DNA of 64,000 nt, taken from positions 62,001 to 126,000 of the forward strand of contig MCFE01000141.1 in assembly GCA_002104905.1 (NCBI GenBank), written 5' to 3'. The notes under the pieces were generated by a model. It saw nothing but the letters and a program-made list of their open reading frames with translations. It was not told where the DNA came from and searched no databases. The position numbers were made by a program, and so were the translations under genes. The stretch is from Basidiobolus meristosporus CBS 931.73 (lineage: Eukaryota > Fungi > Basidiobolomycota). Positions 60,869 through 64,000 of this stretch are shown here, one piece after another. Numbering within the stretch: the stretch's first letter is position 1; every line of letters begins with the position of its first letter.

Positions 60869-63560
60869 GTGCATTGCATTGTTGAGTGTCAAACTGTTTG
60901 CCCCATGGGCAAGACAACTTTGATTCAATGCTGTAAGAGGAGAGAAAAAAGACCATGTAGCTATTATAATAAGCCTGTCAGCCATGAAGTATGCAGACAG
61001 CATAGGAAGCACTACAATGATGATGGCCAGTGTTTTGCCACACAAGTCATATTTGACCATTGACCTGTCACTACCGTACCAGTAATATCTTGCCAGCTAC
61101 TTAATACTGCTTTAATGGCATCTGGCCATACTTGTCACTTTGTGCAAGCTGAGTCAGGAGAGTCTGTGATGCCTTTAGGCTCACCCCAGCTTTCTGAATA
61201 TGGCATGCAGAGTGATAGCTCTGAAGAAGCAGGCTCTCAGATGGATTTTGAGCCTATCTTCCCTAACAACAGTTCCCTGCATGAGTCCAGCAAAATCCTA
61301 TTATGCAATGAGACAACACCCATAGAAAAAAATGCCAAGGATACTTTATGGAGTCAAGTGAGCCCCATAATTCATCTACTGTTGAAAGATGTGATGCTGT
61401 GGCTAGAGAAGTGGCACATTCCCACTAATATCAGTAATGGGGGCTTTGAGGACTTACTTGTACTTCTTGCCAAACTCATACTGGCATGCAACTTACAATG
61501 TACATGGTATAAATGGAAAGCTATCATGCTGCTGGCAACATATGACCCAGAGACCATCCTGATACCAGCATATGTTAGCAGTTGCATGGTGTTCACATCC
61601 AAAAATGCCACCATTGCAAGGTGTCCAACTTGTCAGGAATCCACCACTACTGTAGGAAAGCATAGTTCACACTCCAGATATATTCTGGTAATACCCTATT
61701 TAAAGAAGCTCATGTAGTCCAACAAATATAGTGAAGCTACAAAGTACAGCACTCAGTATCAATCAGGCACAAAAATATCTGATATATTTGATGGCAAACA
61801 TTACAAATAGCTAAGAAGCAAGAGCTATCTTGAAAGTATGATGACCATGCCTTTGCCTTAGCACTTGACAAATTCTCATTAAACCAATACTTTACCAGCA
61901 GATCCTGCTGGCAACTGATTCTTGTTAACCTGAATCTGCCACCTATCTCTTAGTATCAGAGCAGAAGTTTGATGATAGTCTCACTGGTATCTGGGCCTAA
62001 GTCACCATCCAACCTGGATAGCTACCTGTATTCATTGCTGGATGAATTTTGTATGCTTTCCAGCAGGATAACAGTAAATGGCCATCATTTAAAAGTGCAT
62101 ATTATATTTGCCTTGGAGATACCCTAGCCTTCAGCAAGACAGCTGGCTTTTCTGGGCACAATGGAAGGTATTACTGTTGAATATGTGAGATCCATGGGGC
62201 TTACTCCATTACTCACACCCATTATTATTACCCAAGCACCAGCACAAAGAATGTCATCTTTCCACAGACAGAATGTACAGAAGTCAACATGCAATTGCAG
62301 CAAAGCTGGCAAGCTATTAGCCATTGGCTGGAATGTGGAATAAATTGGAAACTAGAGATACCTAAGATAGAGGGTATCTGTTGGAGCAAAAGCTTTCCAC
62401 TGGGAGCAAAGCATTTGCTTTTCAACAATATCCCTATACTGATGACCAAGTTGTACATGGGGCATTTCAAGCTAAATGAGCCATTTGAGATACTGGAGAG
62501 ATTTGAAAGAGTTGGCAAGATATTACAGAGTATCCACTACCTTAAGTACTTCTCACAGGCTCTAATCAAGATTTATACACATATGCAACAATACAAGTGC
62601 AAAGACTGGATGAACTGTTTATGTATTTAATCAAGTAGCCTTCTGAAGCCATTTCTACCAATAGTACATCAATAGCATTGGAAGTCATATGTGGACATTG
62701 TGGGAATATTAGTCCAGAAGCACATGACCAATGCCAACTTGATGCATCTGCAGCTTTTGTGCAAAGAGTTTGTGACAGGATTTGAGTGGCTATACTACAA
62801 ACATAAAGTTGAATGTGTGGATCTCTGCCACTACTTTATCCATTCTCTACTCCATCTTGCATGGTGTGTGGAGAATATTGGGCCTTGCTTCACCTTTTGG
62901 GAGCTTCCTATGGAGTAGATGTGTGGGGAGATAGGAAGACAAGTCAAGTTGCAGGTACTACCATATCTCAATCTCATCAAGAATATTACCTTTGAGTCTG
63001 TCATGGATGTGATGAGTTGGCACATGGAGGACAGCCAGGAAGAGTTGGAAAATACTGAGGATCAATGTGCACATGGAGAAACCTATGCCTATGGCATTGA
63101 GAAGCTAGGCAGCCCCAATGCATGGGTAATCAGTTGAGTAATGCAAAGTTGGGTTGTGTGCAACAAGCAACTAATTTTATCAGGAAAACTCTACCAAGGT
63201 ATGCCAGATTTCTCACAGCCACAAACCAATTTTGACACCATTCAGTATGGAGCTCAAACAAACAAAAGCCAGAGCATACCTATAAGGGGGACTACAATCC
63301 TGTAGGGAAAAGGAATATATTGGCTAAGTACCAAAAAGTTCTTTGTAGATATTCAGGAGGTATTCATGGCAGAAGTGGCGGCAACCAAGCATATGTTTGC
63401 AAGATGCACATGTTACCAGCAAAACAAGGTATATGGCAGCTTTGCAAGCATCTCACTGAAAAGCCATAAAGCTGAGGTTTATAGAAATATGTCAATTGCA
63501 GCAGGTGTGCATGTTTGTAGAGGTTAGTAAGCAAGAGGCCATAGTGTTTTTTGATTCAAG
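60869..63560 (+). mobile_element. Decayed CACTA/EnSpm (CMC) transposase, Transposase_21/DUF4218 type
   Basis: Cys motif CMVF...ARCPTCQE; ISDIFDGKHY near 61780; LVNLNLPP near 61925; VSGPKSPSNLDSYL near 61990; HSLLHLAWCVENIGPCFTFWELPME*MCGEI near 62840-62935 (HxLLHL...GP...WxFPMERxCG pattern). Confidence 0.88.
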
Positions 63561-63615
63561 TTATATGCAGAATACCCAAGGTAGTAGTGGGTGAGCAAAT
63601 ACAGAGGGGTGATTC

Positions 63616-64000
63616 TGTTGTAAAAATTTGTAGTTCCACCTAAATATTCACCTAACTTAGTCACTTGGATCATTATCTTCAAATCCTAGAGAATACTGAC
63701 CAAATTCCTTGTTGGGATTTACTTACAATATTTTCACCAAAATACCAGATGCCCAGAATATGAAAATTCTCAAAGTTGTCCAAACAGCCCTAAACTTTGC
63801 ACACATGCTCTTGGGACCTTCCTTGACCTATTCAATCTGTTTGTAATGCCAAGACCATGTAAAAGTACAAACACTACTTTTACATTCAATAAATCATTAA
63901 GTGAAAAACTACATAATCTACTTGTCCTCCCAATCACTTCCAATATCTCCAAGACTCTCACAACAGGTTATGAGCCCCAATTTGTCACTCTCTGAGATGT
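63616..64000 (+). mobile_element. 5' LTR (63616-63965) and PBS (63966-63977) of a further Copia-A element running off the window
   Basis: TGTTGTAAAA...CTCTCACAACA-GGTTATGAGCCC. Confidence 0.92.

Overview
Eukaryotic, most likely fungal DNA (short GT-AG introns of about 45-70 nt with CTAAC-type branch sites; an early-diverging lineage is my inference). Two compartments are sharply separated. (1) CpG-depleted transposon graveyards at 1-~40560 and ~55230-64000. They are dominated by one Ty1/Copia family ('Copia-A': ~348-bp LTRs TGTTGTAA...TTACAACA, half-tRNAiMet PBS GGTTATGAGCCC, about 20 LTRs or LTR fragments). They also hold older Copia and Ty3/Gypsy relics, two ~1.07-kb solo LTRs, three non-autonomous TIR/foldback elements with AGAC...GTCT ends and 3-bp TSDs, and a decayed CACTA transposase. 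(2) A CpG-normal gene island of ~14.7 kb. It carries a Cys-3/MetR-like bZIP gene, a four-exon FAM72 homologue that the ORF track misses, an intronless 278-aa hypothetical gene, a six-exon PAP2 lipid-phosphate phosphatase and a two-exon class I SAM methyltransferase. The best leads are: the FAM72 homologue, which keeps the Trp that mammalian FAM72A uses to bind UNG2 and sits in a genome whose repeats are heavily C-to-T mutated; foldback elements whose inner arms appear to be homogenised within each copy; and a 46-aa ORF that resembles an alpha-factor-type peptide precursor. All coordinates and alignments were done by eye; no searches were run.
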